The position numbers and the translations under genes are program-made. DNA of 64,000 nt from an uncultured Candidatus Saccharibacteria bacterium (GTDB taxonomy: Bacteria; Patescibacteriota; Minisyncoccia; Phycocordibacterales; DATDWN01): assembly GCA_964391455.1 (NCBI GenBank), contig CAYMJQ010000003.1, positions 12,435 through 76,434 on the forward strand. Reading direction: 5' to 3'. Below, one piece after another: positions 1 through 8,334 of this stretch. The stretch's first letter is position 1. Each line of letters begins with the position of its first letter. The notes beneath the pieces were generated by a model. The model worked only from the letters and a program-made list of their open reading frames with translations. It made no database searches and was not told the origin of the DNA.

Positions 1-439
1 TATATGTAATCTCTCCGCTTGGCGCAGTAAAAGTGAATTTTTCACCCTTTTTCTTACCTAAAATTGCTTGTCCAAAAGGAGATTTCATTGAAATCTTGTT
101 TGCTGAAACATCTGCCTCTTCTGAACCAACAATATTATAAATGAATTCTTTACCATCTTTTTCTACAGTAACTTTTGAACCGACAGCTACAGCGTCCCCA
201 GTATTTGACGAAACGATTTGAGCATTTTTCAAAAGATCTTCTAACCTAGAAATTCTGTCTTCAATTGTAGCTTGGGCATCTCTGGCCTCGTGATACTCAG
301 CATTTTCTGACAAATCACCTAAAGATTTTGCGTACTCTAATGATTCAGCTATTTCTTTTCTTTTTTTACCCTTTAATTCAGCTAATTCTTTAGTAAATTC
401 ATCAAATTTCTCCTTTGTTAGGTATTCCTTGTCCTTCAT
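1..439 (-). CDS. greA: transcription elongation factor GreA, gene continues beyond window start
   Basis: Own translation of minus strand from ATG at 439: MKDKEYLTKEKFDEFTKELAELKGKKRKEIAESLEYAKSLGDLSENAEYHEARDAQATIEDRI..., which matches the GreA/GreB N-terminal coiled-coil and C-terminal domain. The ORF is open at the window edge. Confidence 0.8.
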   Translation of the reverse strand, partial: MKDKEYLTKEKFDEFTKELAELKGKKRKEIAESLEYAKSLGDLSENAEYHEARDAQATIEDRISRLEDLLKNAQIVSSNTGDAVAVGSKVTVEKDGKEFIYNIVGSEEADVSANKISMKSPFGQAILGKKKGEKFTFTAPSGEITY

Positions 440-494
440 AGATAAAATAATTAAAAATAAGTAAGTAGCAATATAGCAAAAAAATAAGACTTCG

Positions 495-2201
495 TCAATT
501 TAAGTATTCTGGTTTATAAATTTCAACCCATTTGAAAAATTCGTTCATGACCAAAACTGCACCAAATTGATTCCCTCGAGATCCTCTTTCCATAACAACA
601 GCAAAAGCGTACTTAGGGTCTTTATAAGGCCAAAAACCAACAATCCAAGAATTAACTTCATCTTTCGCTAAACCTATCTGAGCAGTACCAGTCTTGCCAG
701 CCACCTCTACAGAAGAAAAATTCAATGCTCCACAAGTGCCATCTGTAACACACATTCTCATTCCCTCTTTTACTATCTTATAATTATTTTTATTGAAATC
801 ATAAGATACCGCACCATTTAACACTTCATTATTTGTTTTTAATAATGTAGGTGTAACTAATTTCCCTTCTGTAGCAATGCCACCCAATGCTTTAACTACT
901 TGAATTGGGGAAACTTGAAAACCATATTGTCCGATTGATGTATTATAAGTGTCTCCTATTCTCCAATTATCTCCATTAAAAGTATTTTTCTTCCACTCTG
1001 GATTTGGTATTGTGCCGTTTTTTTCACCTGGGAAAGCAATACTTGTGGTGGTTCCAAAACCAAAAGATCTAACGTATTTTTCTATTTTTTCTATTCCAAT
1101 TCCTTTTTGCTCGCCAAAACCACCAGAAACAGCATAGAAATAAATATTTGAAGAAACTGCCAAAGCCCTCCTAAAATCAACTAGACCGTGAGCTCTCCAA
1201 TCCATAAAAATAGATGGTTTGTCTGGAAAAAATGGATTAGGTATCGTAATAGACCCAGTGCTTAAAATCTGTTTTCTAGGGTCTATTATATTTTCCTCTA
1301 AAACACCCATAGCAATAAATACTTTCATAATTGAACCCGGAGTATAAAGACCATTTATAACGCGGTTCAAAAAAGGGTGATTACTGCTTTTTAGCCAACC
1401 GTTTATTCTATCCCTATCTCTTCCTAAAGATATTACTTGCGACTCATATTCAGGGAAATTAGCTAAAGCCAAGATTTCTCCATTACGAACATCCATTATA
1501 ACTCCAGCTCCACCTTTGAAACCTCCTCTTCCAGATATATCAATTATGGAATCATATAATCTCTTCTGAAGACTCAAATCTATAGACAAGTCTAGATTAG
1601 CCCCATCTTGTGGAGACTGGACCACACTTTGTGATACGATATTACCCCTAACATCCGTCTCAACAATTCTTATTCCATCTCTTCCTGAAATAAGATCGTT
1701 GTATATTTTTTCTAAACCATCTTGAGGAACAAACTTCTCTTGAAAATAAAAACCTGAAGAATCTTTGGTTGGATATTTAATATAACCAAGAGTTGTAGAA
1801 AGACCTGTAGATGTAGCGTATTGTCTTAAAGAAAAATCTAAGCTATCCGGATTTGTTGTGTTCCAAACTATGGGATTCTTATTTCTGTCATAAATTATCC
1901 CTCTATCAGCAAAAATTAAGGTGTTGTGTAGATTATTATTATCACTTCTTTTACGAAACTCTTCTCCTTGTGCAATCTGTAAATCCCACAATCTATAAAT
2001 AAAAACAATTCCTACTAACAAAACAAAAAATCCAAAAAAATTAAAAACGCTATATGAAATAGGTTTTTCTAACCTTCCTTCTAGTTGATATTTATCAAAA
2101 TCTGGTAAATTTTTTGAATCTAAAAAAATCTCATCTGGGTCGATTGTTTTATTAGAACTTAATTTTCTTTTTCTCCAAAATCTTTTTATATTAGAAAACA
2201 T
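495..2201 (-). CDS. mrdA: penicillin-binding protein 2 / peptidoglycan D,D-transpeptidase (rod complex)
   Basis: 568 aa with an N-terminal TM segment and a transpeptidase domain carrying an STGS-like Ser motif plus SxN and KTG-type motifs (KTGTAQ). It lies directly upstream of mreD/mreC/mreB in the same orientation. Confidence 0.8.
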   Translation of the reverse strand: MFSNIKRFWRKRKLSSNKTIDPDEIFLDSKNLPDFDKYQLEGRLEKPISYSVFNFFGFFVLLVGIVFIYRLWDLQIAQGEEFRKRSDNNNLHNTLIFADRGIIYDRNKNPIVWNTTNPDSLDFSLRQYATSTGLSTTLGYIKYPTKDSSGFYFQEKFVPQDGLEKIYNDLISGRDGIRIVETDVRGNIVSQSVVQSPQDGANLDLSIDLSLQKRLYDSIIDISGRGGFKGGAGVIMDVRNGEILALANFPEYESQVISLGRDRDRINGWLKSSNHPFLNRVINGLYTPGSIMKVFIAMGVLEENIIDPRKQILSTGSITIPNPFFPDKPSIFMDWRAHGLVDFRRALAVSSNIYFYAVSGGFGEQKGIGIEKIEKYVRSFGFGTTTSIAFPGEKNGTIPNPEWKKNTFNGDNWRIGDTYNTSIGQYGFQVSPIQVVKALGGIATEGKLVTPTLLKTNNEVLNGAVSYDFNKNNYKIVKEGMRMCVTDGTCGALNFSSVEVAGKTGTAQIGLAKDEVNSWIVGFWPYKDPKYAFAVVMERGSRGNQFGAVLVMNEFFKWVEIYKPEYLN

Positions 2202-2214
2202 AATTGTTTGAGAT

Positions 2215-2469
2215 TTATCTTCTAATATTAGTTCTTACGAAATAAATTATTATTAAAATAATTGTAGTGATAATCAAAGATGCATAAGGTACTTTTTGGG
2301 AAGCTAAAAACAAATGATCAAATAAAAAACCAAAAAAAATAATTTCTAAATATAAAGGAAAATGAAAAGCCAGTATAATTAAAAAAACCAAAGTAAGCCA
2401 CCATGGCATATACAATACCGAAAGAAACACTACCACAAACAATATTAACCTTTCTACTGTAGAATTCAT
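2215..2469 (-). CDS. mreD: small polytopic membrane protein, probable MreD
   Basis: 84 aa and very hydrophobic. Its position between mreC and mrdA is the conserved mreBCD-mrdA arrangement. Confidence 0.45.
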   Translation of the reverse strand: MNSTVERLILFVVVFLSVLYMPWWLTLVFLIILAFHFPLYLEIIFFGFLFDHLFLASQKVPYASLIITTIILIIIYFVRTNIRR

Positions 2470-2492
2470 ATATATAATATTACCACAACGAA

Positions 2493-3278
2493 CTATTTTA
2501 CTATAAAAACCCTTTTTAGCTGAAAGACATTTGTTGGTACCTTTAGATGAATAGTCTTAAATGAACTTTGTAAATTAGAATCTACAAAATATACAGTAGC
2601 AACAACAGAGCTCCTTAAATTCGGATATAGAAATGTGTCCCCCCAAATAATATCGGTATCTCTTGGAACCTCTACTTTAAAATTCAAACCTCCATCACCT
2701 TTTATAACAAAATTAGAGCCGGTACGAGAAGAAATCACTTCGGTCTCTTGTGATCCATTTGAAAAAAGTGTGGCTATTGATGTTTTAGGAGTTACTTCTG
2801 TTATTGTAGCTATAATTACACTATCAGAAATGTACACTTTATCACCCAAAGACACTCCAGATTCCGAACCTGCATCTAAAAGTAAAGTATCAAATGGTAT
2901 TTGAGGTGGTTTTGATAATATACTTGAAATTATTTTTCTTTCAGTAAAAATCCTTCCTAAATCTGCTTTGATTTCTTCATTTTCTCTCAATAAAATATCA
3001 TAATCCATTTTTACTAATCTTAGACTATCTAATTCATTTTTTAGTTCTTGGTTTTCTTTTATAAGAGAGTTTTTGAAAATAAAAAATCTACTGAAATAAT
3101 TCATGGAATCAAGACCAGTGTTCTTAAGATAAAAAACAGGTTCCATAGTTATATGAATAGTATTTCTGAAAAAATCCCGAAAAAAAATAGACATAAAAAT
3201 CACAAAAATAAGAAACACAAATAAAAATAGTTTGTAATTAAATTTGTTTTTAGGTTTACTTTTTAGGTGGAAGTTCAT
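2493..3278 (-). CDS. mreC: rod shape-determining protein MreC
   Basis: 261 aa with an N-terminal TM segment, a coiled-coil (ENQELKNELDSLRL) and a C-terminal beta-rich domain. It is immediately downstream of mreB. Confidence 0.7.
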   Translation of the reverse strand: MNFHLKSKPKNKFNYKLFLFVFLIFVIFMSIFFRDFFRNTIHITMEPVFYLKNTGLDSMNYFSRFFIFKNSLIKENQELKNELDSLRLVKMDYDILLRENEEIKADLGRIFTERKIISSILSKPPQIPFDTLLLDAGSESGVSLGDKVYISDSVIIATITEVTPKTSIATLFSNGSQETEVISSRTGSNFVIKGDGGLNFKVEVPRDTDIIWGDTFLYPNLRSSVVATVYFVDSNLQSSFKTIHLKVPTNVFQLKRVFIVK

Positions 3279-4338
3279 CTTTGTTAGTAATCAAAATATC
3301 TTTATATAAATCTATGTTCTCCAATATAACACCTGTCCCTCTGCAAACTGCAGTTAGTGGATCTGGGGCTATGTGTACCGGCATTTTTGTGTATTCAGAA
3401 ATTATCTCAGATAAACCATTTATTAGTGCACCTCCTCCAGCAAGAAAAATACCCCTCTGCATTATATCAGCCAATACCTCCGGTGGAGTAGTTTCCAAAA
3501 CTTCTTTTACTCCGTCGACTAGAGTGTTTATTGATTGAGAAATAGCTTCTCTTATATCAGAGTCAGTTATTATAACTTCTCTTGGTAATCCAGTTATCAA
3601 ATCTCTCCCTTTTACAGAAGTCTCTAGAGGATCATCACCGGGTATTATTGCACCGATGGATATTTTTATTTCTTCAGCAGTTTTTTCTCCAATCAAAATT
3701 TTAAATTCACTTCTCATATAAGAAATGATATCGCTGTTTAATTTATCTCCAGCAATTCTAAGATTTTTCGAACGCACAACTCCACCTAGTGAGATTACAG
3801 CAATATCAGTTGTTCCACCACCTATGTCTATAATCATATTTCCAGTAGGTTCCAGCACAGGGAGCCTGATGCCTATAGCTGCCGCCATAGGCTCTTCTAC
3901 AATATGGACTTCAGAAGCTCCCGCATTTTTTGTAGCATCACGAACTGCACGAATCTCCACATTTGTTATCCCAGAAGGCACTCCAACGACAACTCTAGGG
4001 CCTAAAAGTTTTGTGTTTCCCTTTTGAGCCTTATTTAAAAGATAAGTAATCATCTCTTCAGTAACTTCAAAATCTGATATAACCCCATCTACCAGAGGTC
4101 TTACAGCAACTATATGCTGGGGAGTCCTCCCAAGCATTTGTTTGGCATCTTTACCAACAGCTACAACTTGACCAGTTTTTTGGTTTATTGCCACCACAGA
4201 AGGTTCATTTAAAACAATCCCTTTACCAGAAAGGTACACTAGAGTGTTTGCAGTACCCAAATCTATTCCAATATCGTTGGAGACATATCTTTTGAATTGT
4301 TCTAAATTTTTAATCATTTTTGCTAGTCTACCACACAA
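3256..4338 (-). CDS. mreB: rod shape-determining actin-like protein MreB
   Basis: 360 aa with the actin/Hsp70 fold motifs DLGTANTLVY, DIGGGTTD and LAGGGAL. Confidence 0.9.
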   Translation of the reverse strand: MCGRLAKMIKNLEQFKRYVSNDIGIDLGTANTLVYLSGKGIVLNEPSVVAINQKTGQVVAVGKDAKQMLGRTPQHIVAVRPLVDGVISDFEVTEEMITYLLNKAQKGNTKLLGPRVVVGVPSGITNVEIRAVRDATKNAGASEVHIVEEPMAAAIGIRLPVLEPTGNMIIDIGGGTTDIAVISLGGVVRSKNLRIAGDKLNSDIISYMRSEFKILIGEKTAEEIKISIGAIIPGDDPLETSVKGRDLITGLPREVIITDSDIREAISQSINTLVDGVKEVLETTPPEVLADIMQRGIFLAGGGALINGLSEIISEYTKMPVHIAPDPLTAVCRGTGVILENIDLYKDILITNKDELPPKK

Positions 4339-4380
4339 CTAATTAGATATTAAAATCTTAATTAATTTTCGTTGACTCAT

Positions 4381-4500
4381 AATTTTTATCGCCCCCGCAG
4401 GCCAAAAGCATGGTGTCGTCAAGGCACCCTTTCTTGACGACCTTGGCCGAGGACTGACCTTAAAAATTCGCTGTAATTTTTAAGGTTGCGATAAAAAATT
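4381..4500. other. GC-rich roughly 120-nt nested inverted-repeat element (three-way-junction-like) between proS stop and mreB start
   Basis: Outer 12-bp inverted repeat aatttttatcgc (4381-4392) / gcgataaaaaatt (4488-4500). Inner hairpins are ggccaa/ttggcc, gtcgtcaag/cttgacgac (4414-4441) and ccttaaaaatt/aatttttaagg (4458-4486). No coding potential. Confidence 0.35.
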
Positions 4501-4519
4501 ATGAGGAGAAAGAAAATTA

Positions 4520-5782
4520 TTACAAAATACTTACTGCATCATCCACCGACAAAATCTCCGCATCTGATTTTGTTCTATGCTTTACTTCTATTTTATTTTC
4601 TGCAACTGTTTTATCGCTAACTACAAACCTAACCGGAATACCGATTAAGTCCGAATCAGCAAATTTTTCCCCTGGTCTTACATCCCTATCGTCATAAAGA
4701 ACTTCCACACCTTTATTTTTTAAATCATTATAAAGATTGTCTGCATATTTTATAGTCTCTTCATTTGTTCCTAGTCTAACTAAATGAACATGAAAAGGAG
4801 CAACTTCTTTTGGCCAAATAATACCCTTGTCATCTGAAAGTGTCTCAACAATAGTTCCAAGTAATCTAGTTGGTCCTATACCATAACTACCCATAACCAC
4901 AGGTACTTCAACCCCTCCCTCATTTTTATATTTTAATCCTATAGCATCAGAAAACCTAGTGCCCAAATGAAAAATATTCCCAACTTCAACTGCTTTTTTT
5001 TCTACTAATTCATCCTTTTTTATATCTAGTTTATTTAAATTTTCATCTGTATAAACTTCTTTATTTAAAGCAATTCTTTTATTCTCATGAACGTAAATAA
5101 TATCTTCTCCTGAATCAGTTATTGTTTGAAATTCCTCAGAAAAATCTGAGAAAATTCCTCCGGAAGCATAAGTTATATAAGTTTTTTCTCCAATACCTAA
5201 TCTATCAAAAACCTTAAGATATGCACTCCTTACTTTTCCATAATCCTCCAAGTGAGATTCATTATCCTTTGAAAAAGTATAAAGGTCTTTCATTAGAAAC
5301 TCCTTACCTCTCATTACCCCGCTTTTTGCTCTTAATTCATTTCTAAATTTATTCTGAAATTGATAAGCAAATACTGGTAAATCTCTGTAAGAAAAAATAT
5401 GCTCAGTCATAATTCTAGTTAAAGGTTCTTCATGAGTTATACCCAAACCGGTTTCTCCTCCACTTTTTAGTTCGGTCTTAAACCAATTATCAACTTTTGC
5501 ATCGTCCCATCTATCAGTTTTTGTCCAAAGATCTTTGTCTTGAAGAGCTGACATAAACAATTCTTGTCCACCAATATTATTCATCTCCTCACGAATAATT
5601 TTTACTATATTATTCAATGTTTTTAATCCAAGTGGTAAGTAAGAATAAACCCCGGCTAATTCTTTGTGAATAAAACCTGCTTTTATTAAAAACTGTGCAT
5701 TTTTAGAAGTTTCATCTGAAGGCAGTTCCTTTCTTGTTTTTGTAAAAAGTTGTGACTGTTTCATAATATTTAGTACCTTCAT
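4520..5782 (-). CDS. proS: prolyl-tRNA synthetase, minimal bacterial-type form without a large insertion/editing domain
   Basis: 420 aa with class II aaRS motifs and a ProRS anticodon-binding C-terminal domain (LGTNEETIKYADNLYNDLKNKGVEV...). It is preceded by a GAAGG ribosome-binding site. Confidence 0.85.
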   Translation of the reverse strand: MKVLNIMKQSQLFTKTRKELPSDETSKNAQFLIKAGFIHKELAGVYSYLPLGLKTLNNIVKIIREEMNNIGGQELFMSALQDKDLWTKTDRWDDAKVDNWFKTELKSGGETGLGITHEEPLTRIMTEHIFSYRDLPVFAYQFQNKFRNELRAKSGVMRGKEFLMKDLYTFSKDNESHLEDYGKVRSAYLKVFDRLGIGEKTYITYASGGIFSDFSEEFQTITDSGEDIIYVHENKRIALNKEVYTDENLNKLDIKKDELVEKKAVEVGNIFHLGTRFSDAIGLKYKNEGGVEVPVVMGSYGIGPTRLLGTIVETLSDDKGIIWPKEVAPFHVHLVRLGTNEETIKYADNLYNDLKNKGVEVLYDDRDVRPGEKFADSDLIGIPVRFVVSDKTVAENKIEVKHRTKSDAEILSVDDAVSIL

Positions 5783-5823
5783 AGTATCTTAAAAAGAAAA
5801 TTTGAGCAAAATATAAATTAAAA

Positions 5824-5902
5824 GGGCCTCCAAATACTCACAATCAATCTTATAAGAAATAAAATTATTTCTCAAAAGATTCTGTGTCTATTTGAAGGCC
5901 CA
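5824..5902 (-). terminator. intrinsic terminator T2 in proS leader
   Basis: gggcctccaaata (5824-5836) pairs with tatttgaaggccc (5890-5902). An inner hairpin agaaataa/ttatttct is present, and the minus-strand RNA ends in UUUU. Confidence 0.55.
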
Positions 5903-5923
5903 GTGTCGCCATGTATCTAGAGT

Positions 5924-5959
5924 CTAAAAACTCGCACCTCCAGATTCTGGTACAGTGCG
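5924..5959 (-). terminator. intrinsic terminator T1 in proS leader
   Basis: Minus-strand CGCACUGUACCAGAAUCUGGAGGUGCG followed by AGUUUUUAG. Confidence 0.5.
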
Positions 5960-6104
5960 GTAGAATTTATGTACCACTCCAGAATACCAACGACTTCGGT
6001 ATGACAACCTTTTTTTACTTATCCTGTTACTCTGTCCTGAGTCAGGCAAGGTTGGGTCCGAAAACTTAATTTCTACATGCACCATAGAATAAAAATGATA
6101 AAAA

Positions 6105-6300
6105 GTCAAAAAAGGCCGCTCATTTCTGAGCGGCCACCCTGTGGGGGAAATACAATGCAAGTTGGAAGCGGAAGACCGTTCCAGCGGGGTTTTCACCCTT
6201 TGCCCAAGGGAGAAGCATCAGCTCCTGGAGGTAGCTGGCTCCATCAAACCCGGGGGGAGGACTGGAAACAGCACTCCCGCTTCCGACATATTTATATCAT
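6105..6300 (-). ncRNA. candidate structured small RNA (about 190 nt) with its own intrinsic terminator; identity unknown, with an SRP-RNA-like helix motif as one possibility
   Basis: Minus-strand RNA: GGAAGCGG...CCGCUUCC closes a roughly 125-nt domain with internal hairpins CAGCU/AGCUG, CCCUU/AAGGG and GGGU/ACCC. It contains GUGCUGUUUCCAG, which resembles the SRP RNA GUGCUGUUUACCAGG. It ends with GGCCGCUCAGAAAUGAGCGGCC + U6 (plus 6112-6136). The region is visibly GC-rich, and the 90-aa and 76-aa track ORFs here look spurious. Confidence 0.4.
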
Positions 6301-6328
6301 AAATTGAAAAATAAAGCAAATCAAAAAA

Positions 6329-7426
6329 CTACAAAAGTTTTAATATATCTTTTGTTGTAACTATAAGCATAAGCAACATAAGAAGAGCAAAACCGGTAAC
6401 ATTAGCCCACTTAACCACATTTGGATTTATCGGCCTTCTTATTATGGCTTCTATTAGTACAAACAGTAGTCTCCCTCCGTCTAGTGCTGGAAATGGAACC
6501 AAATTGATAACTGCTAAATTAATAGAAATTATTGCGGTTATAGAAAGTAGATATCTAAAACCTAATTCGTTTGCTTCTTTTACGATACTGGCAATACCAA
6601 CAGGTCCAGTTACTTGAGAAAAATCTGATCTTAAAGTAATAGTTTCAAATAAGAATTTTGATAATCCAACAGTCGTAGCTTTTAACAAATACCAAGTGGT
6701 TTTAGCTCCAGTTAAAAGTGAATCTATAGCTGAAAGTTTTAATGTCCCTATCCATTCCATAGATATACCTAACACCCTTCTTCCTGGAATTATATCCGTT
6801 GTTGGAGTTATGCTTACTTGCCTTTCAGTGCCATTCTCACTAGAAATTTTCAAAATCAAATCTTTAGATGTTGATTCTGAAATATATTTTTGAACAACTT
6901 CAGGATAAAGTTCTTTATCCAAAACCTCACTTCCTCCAGATATAGCAAGTATCGTCTCTCCTGGTTTTAGACCGGATTTAAAAGCTGGAGAGTCTGGCAA
7001 AACTTCAGTAATTATCAGTCTAGCATCATTAAAATCCCCCATAGTATTTGATGGTAAAACAGAAGTGGTGCCAAGAAAAAAACCTAGTGAAATAATCAAC
7101 CAAGCAAATATTAAATTAAAAGTAACTCCAGCTAGCAACACTAAAGCTTGTATCCATTTAGGTTTATAAACAAAACTTACTCCTTTGTTTTCTTCACTTA
7201 TTTCACCACTATGAGCATCTTCACCGAATATTTTTACAAAACCACCGAAAGGTATAACATTTAGTGTATAAAGAGTTCCCCCCCATTTTTTACTTAAAAT
7301 TTTAGGAGGAAATCCAATTGCGAACTCATCTACTCTTATCCCAGACTTTTTAGCAACAAGAAAATGACCTAACTCATGGACAAAAATCAACACCGCCAAA
7401 ATTATTAAAAATATTATTATACTCAA
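6329..7426 (-). CDS. rseP: RIP metalloprotease RseP (site-2 protease) with PDZ domain
   Basis: 365 aa with the HELGHFLVAKKSG HExxH motif in a TM helix, a PDZ-like middle domain and a C-terminal LDGG motif. Confidence 0.85.
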   Translation of the reverse strand: MSIIIFLIILAVLIFVHELGHFLVAKKSGIRVDEFAIGFPPKILSKKWGGTLYTLNVIPFGGFVKIFGEDAHSGEISEENKGVSFVYKPKWIQALVLLAGVTFNLIFAWLIISLGFFLGTTSVLPSNTMGDFNDARLIITEVLPDSPAFKSGLKPGETILAISGGSEVLDKELYPEVVQKYISESTSKDLILKISSENGTERQVSITPTTDIIPGRRVLGISMEWIGTLKLSAIDSLLTGAKTTWYLLKATTVGLSKFLFETITLRSDFSQVTGPVGIASIVKEANELGFRYLLSITAIISINLAVINLVPFPALDGGRLLFVLIEAIIRRPINPNVVKWANVTGFALLMLLMLIVTTKDILKLL

Positions 7427-7437
7427 GTTTTTAGTTG

Positions 7438-7724
7438 TTAGTTTTTAATTTCTAGTTTGTTAATCAAAACTCTAATCATTTTACTTACTTCAATTATCAA
7501 ATTTAGTTCCTTATCAATATTTATATCATATAAATCTCTACAAAGTAACAGCTGAGTTTCAAGTTCTGATATTGAGCCATATGCAATTTGTAAAAAATTT
7601 GCATAATCTTTTCTAGTTCTTCTATTAACTCCCTCGGCAATATTTGAAACTATAGAAACAGAAGACCTTCTAGTTTGAGATACCAGACCACTAGATCCTT
7701 GTAAGACTTTATACTATCTGACAT
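7438..7724 (-). pseudogene. remnant of a four-helix-bundle protein gene (the family usually found in 23S rRNA intervening sequences), with frameshift plus internal deletion
   Basis: Own translation of the minus strand gives an N-terminal fragment MSDSIKSYKDLVVWYLKLEGLLFL*. After a TAG and frame change comes LVSQTRRSSVSIVSNIAEGVNRRTRKDYANFLQIAYGSISELETQLLLCRDLYDINIDKELNLIIEVSKMIRVLINKLEIKN*. Together these match the conserved ...YGLTSQxRRAAVSIPSNIAEG...FxxIAxGSxxELETQ... family signature, but about 30 central residues are missing and there is no continuous ORF. Confidence 0.5.
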
Positions 7725-7759
7725 TCGCAAACTATAAACTAACAACTAAAAACTATCAA

Positions 7760-8311
7760 TTATTCTTTAATTTCTTTTTCTTTCTTTTCAAACATTGTCT
7801 CTAAAACCCCAGCACACTCATCAACAATTTTCTGAAGCTCATTTTTTAATCTAAACTTATCATCTTCACTAATTTCACCATTTTTCTCTTTTGTATCTAT
7901 ATCTTTAATTACTTTTTCTCTCTCTCCTCGTAAAGTAACCTTAGCGTCTTCAAGTTTTTGTTTTGTAATTTTCACTAAAGAAATCCTTCTCTCTCCTGTA
8001 AGTTCTGGGAAAACAATACGGAGTCCCTTATCGTCTACAGCAACAGAAAGACCTAGATCTGAAGAAATTATTGATTTTTCAATTTCTTTAGTCAAAGAAG
8101 AATCCCAAGGAGATACCCTAATGACCCTTACATCTTCCATAGAAATATTTGCCAATTGATTTATAGGCATAAAAGAACCGTAAGCTGGGACTTTAACTGA
8201 ATCTAGTATAGATATACTAGCCCTACCTGTCCTTATAGTTAATAATTCTTTTTTAAGCCAATCTTCTATCTCTTTAGTCGCCTGTTTAAATAAATTAAAA
8301 TTGTATGACAT
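7760..8311 (-). CDS. frr: ribosome recycling factor
   Basis: 183 aa with the typical RRF sequence (LLTIRTGRASISILDSVKV...). Confidence 0.9.
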   Translation of the reverse strand: MSYNFNLFKQATKEIEDWLKKELLTIRTGRASISILDSVKVPAYGSFMPINQLANISMEDVRVIRVSPWDSSLTKEIEKSIISSDLGLSVAVDDKGLRIVFPELTGERRISLVKITKQKLEDAKVTLRGEREKVIKDIDTKEKNGEISEDDKFRLKNELQKIVDECAGVLETMFEKKEKEIKE

Positions 8312-8334
8312 AGAAGAATATTACAATAAAAAAC

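Larger units (their letters stand above)
5790..6100 (-). promoter_or_regulatory. proS leader with promoter and two tandem intrinsic terminators, a candidate T-box-like riboswitch or attenuator
   Basis: Minus-strand TTGACT (plus 6096-6101), then about 300 nt of structured leader. It contains GGACAGAGUAACAGG, GGAGUGGUAC...UACCGCAC (T-box-like UGGN/ACCGC elements), and mutually exclusive pairings UGGUACA/UGUACCA versus terminator T1 (plus 5924-5959; CGCAC..CCAGA/UCUGG..GUGCG + U5). A second terminator T2 (plus 5824-5902; 13-bp stem GGGCCUUCAAAUA/UAUUUGGAGGCCC + U4) sits 40 nt before the proS ATG. Confidence 0.4.

Noticed and set aside
6105-6300. RNase P RNA or tmRNA identity for the rseP-proS spacer RNA
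   Set aside because: The conserved P4 or tmRNA terminal motifs are absent. Only a partial SRP-like motif was seen, so the region is left as a candidate sRNA of unknown class.
5924-6307. Track ORFs 5924-6196 (-) 90 aa and 6077-6307 (+) 76 aa
   Set aside because: They lie entirely within the GC-rich structured leader/sRNA region, lack SDs, and give low-complexity Pro/Gly/Arg-rich translations typical of GC-rich non-coding sequence.
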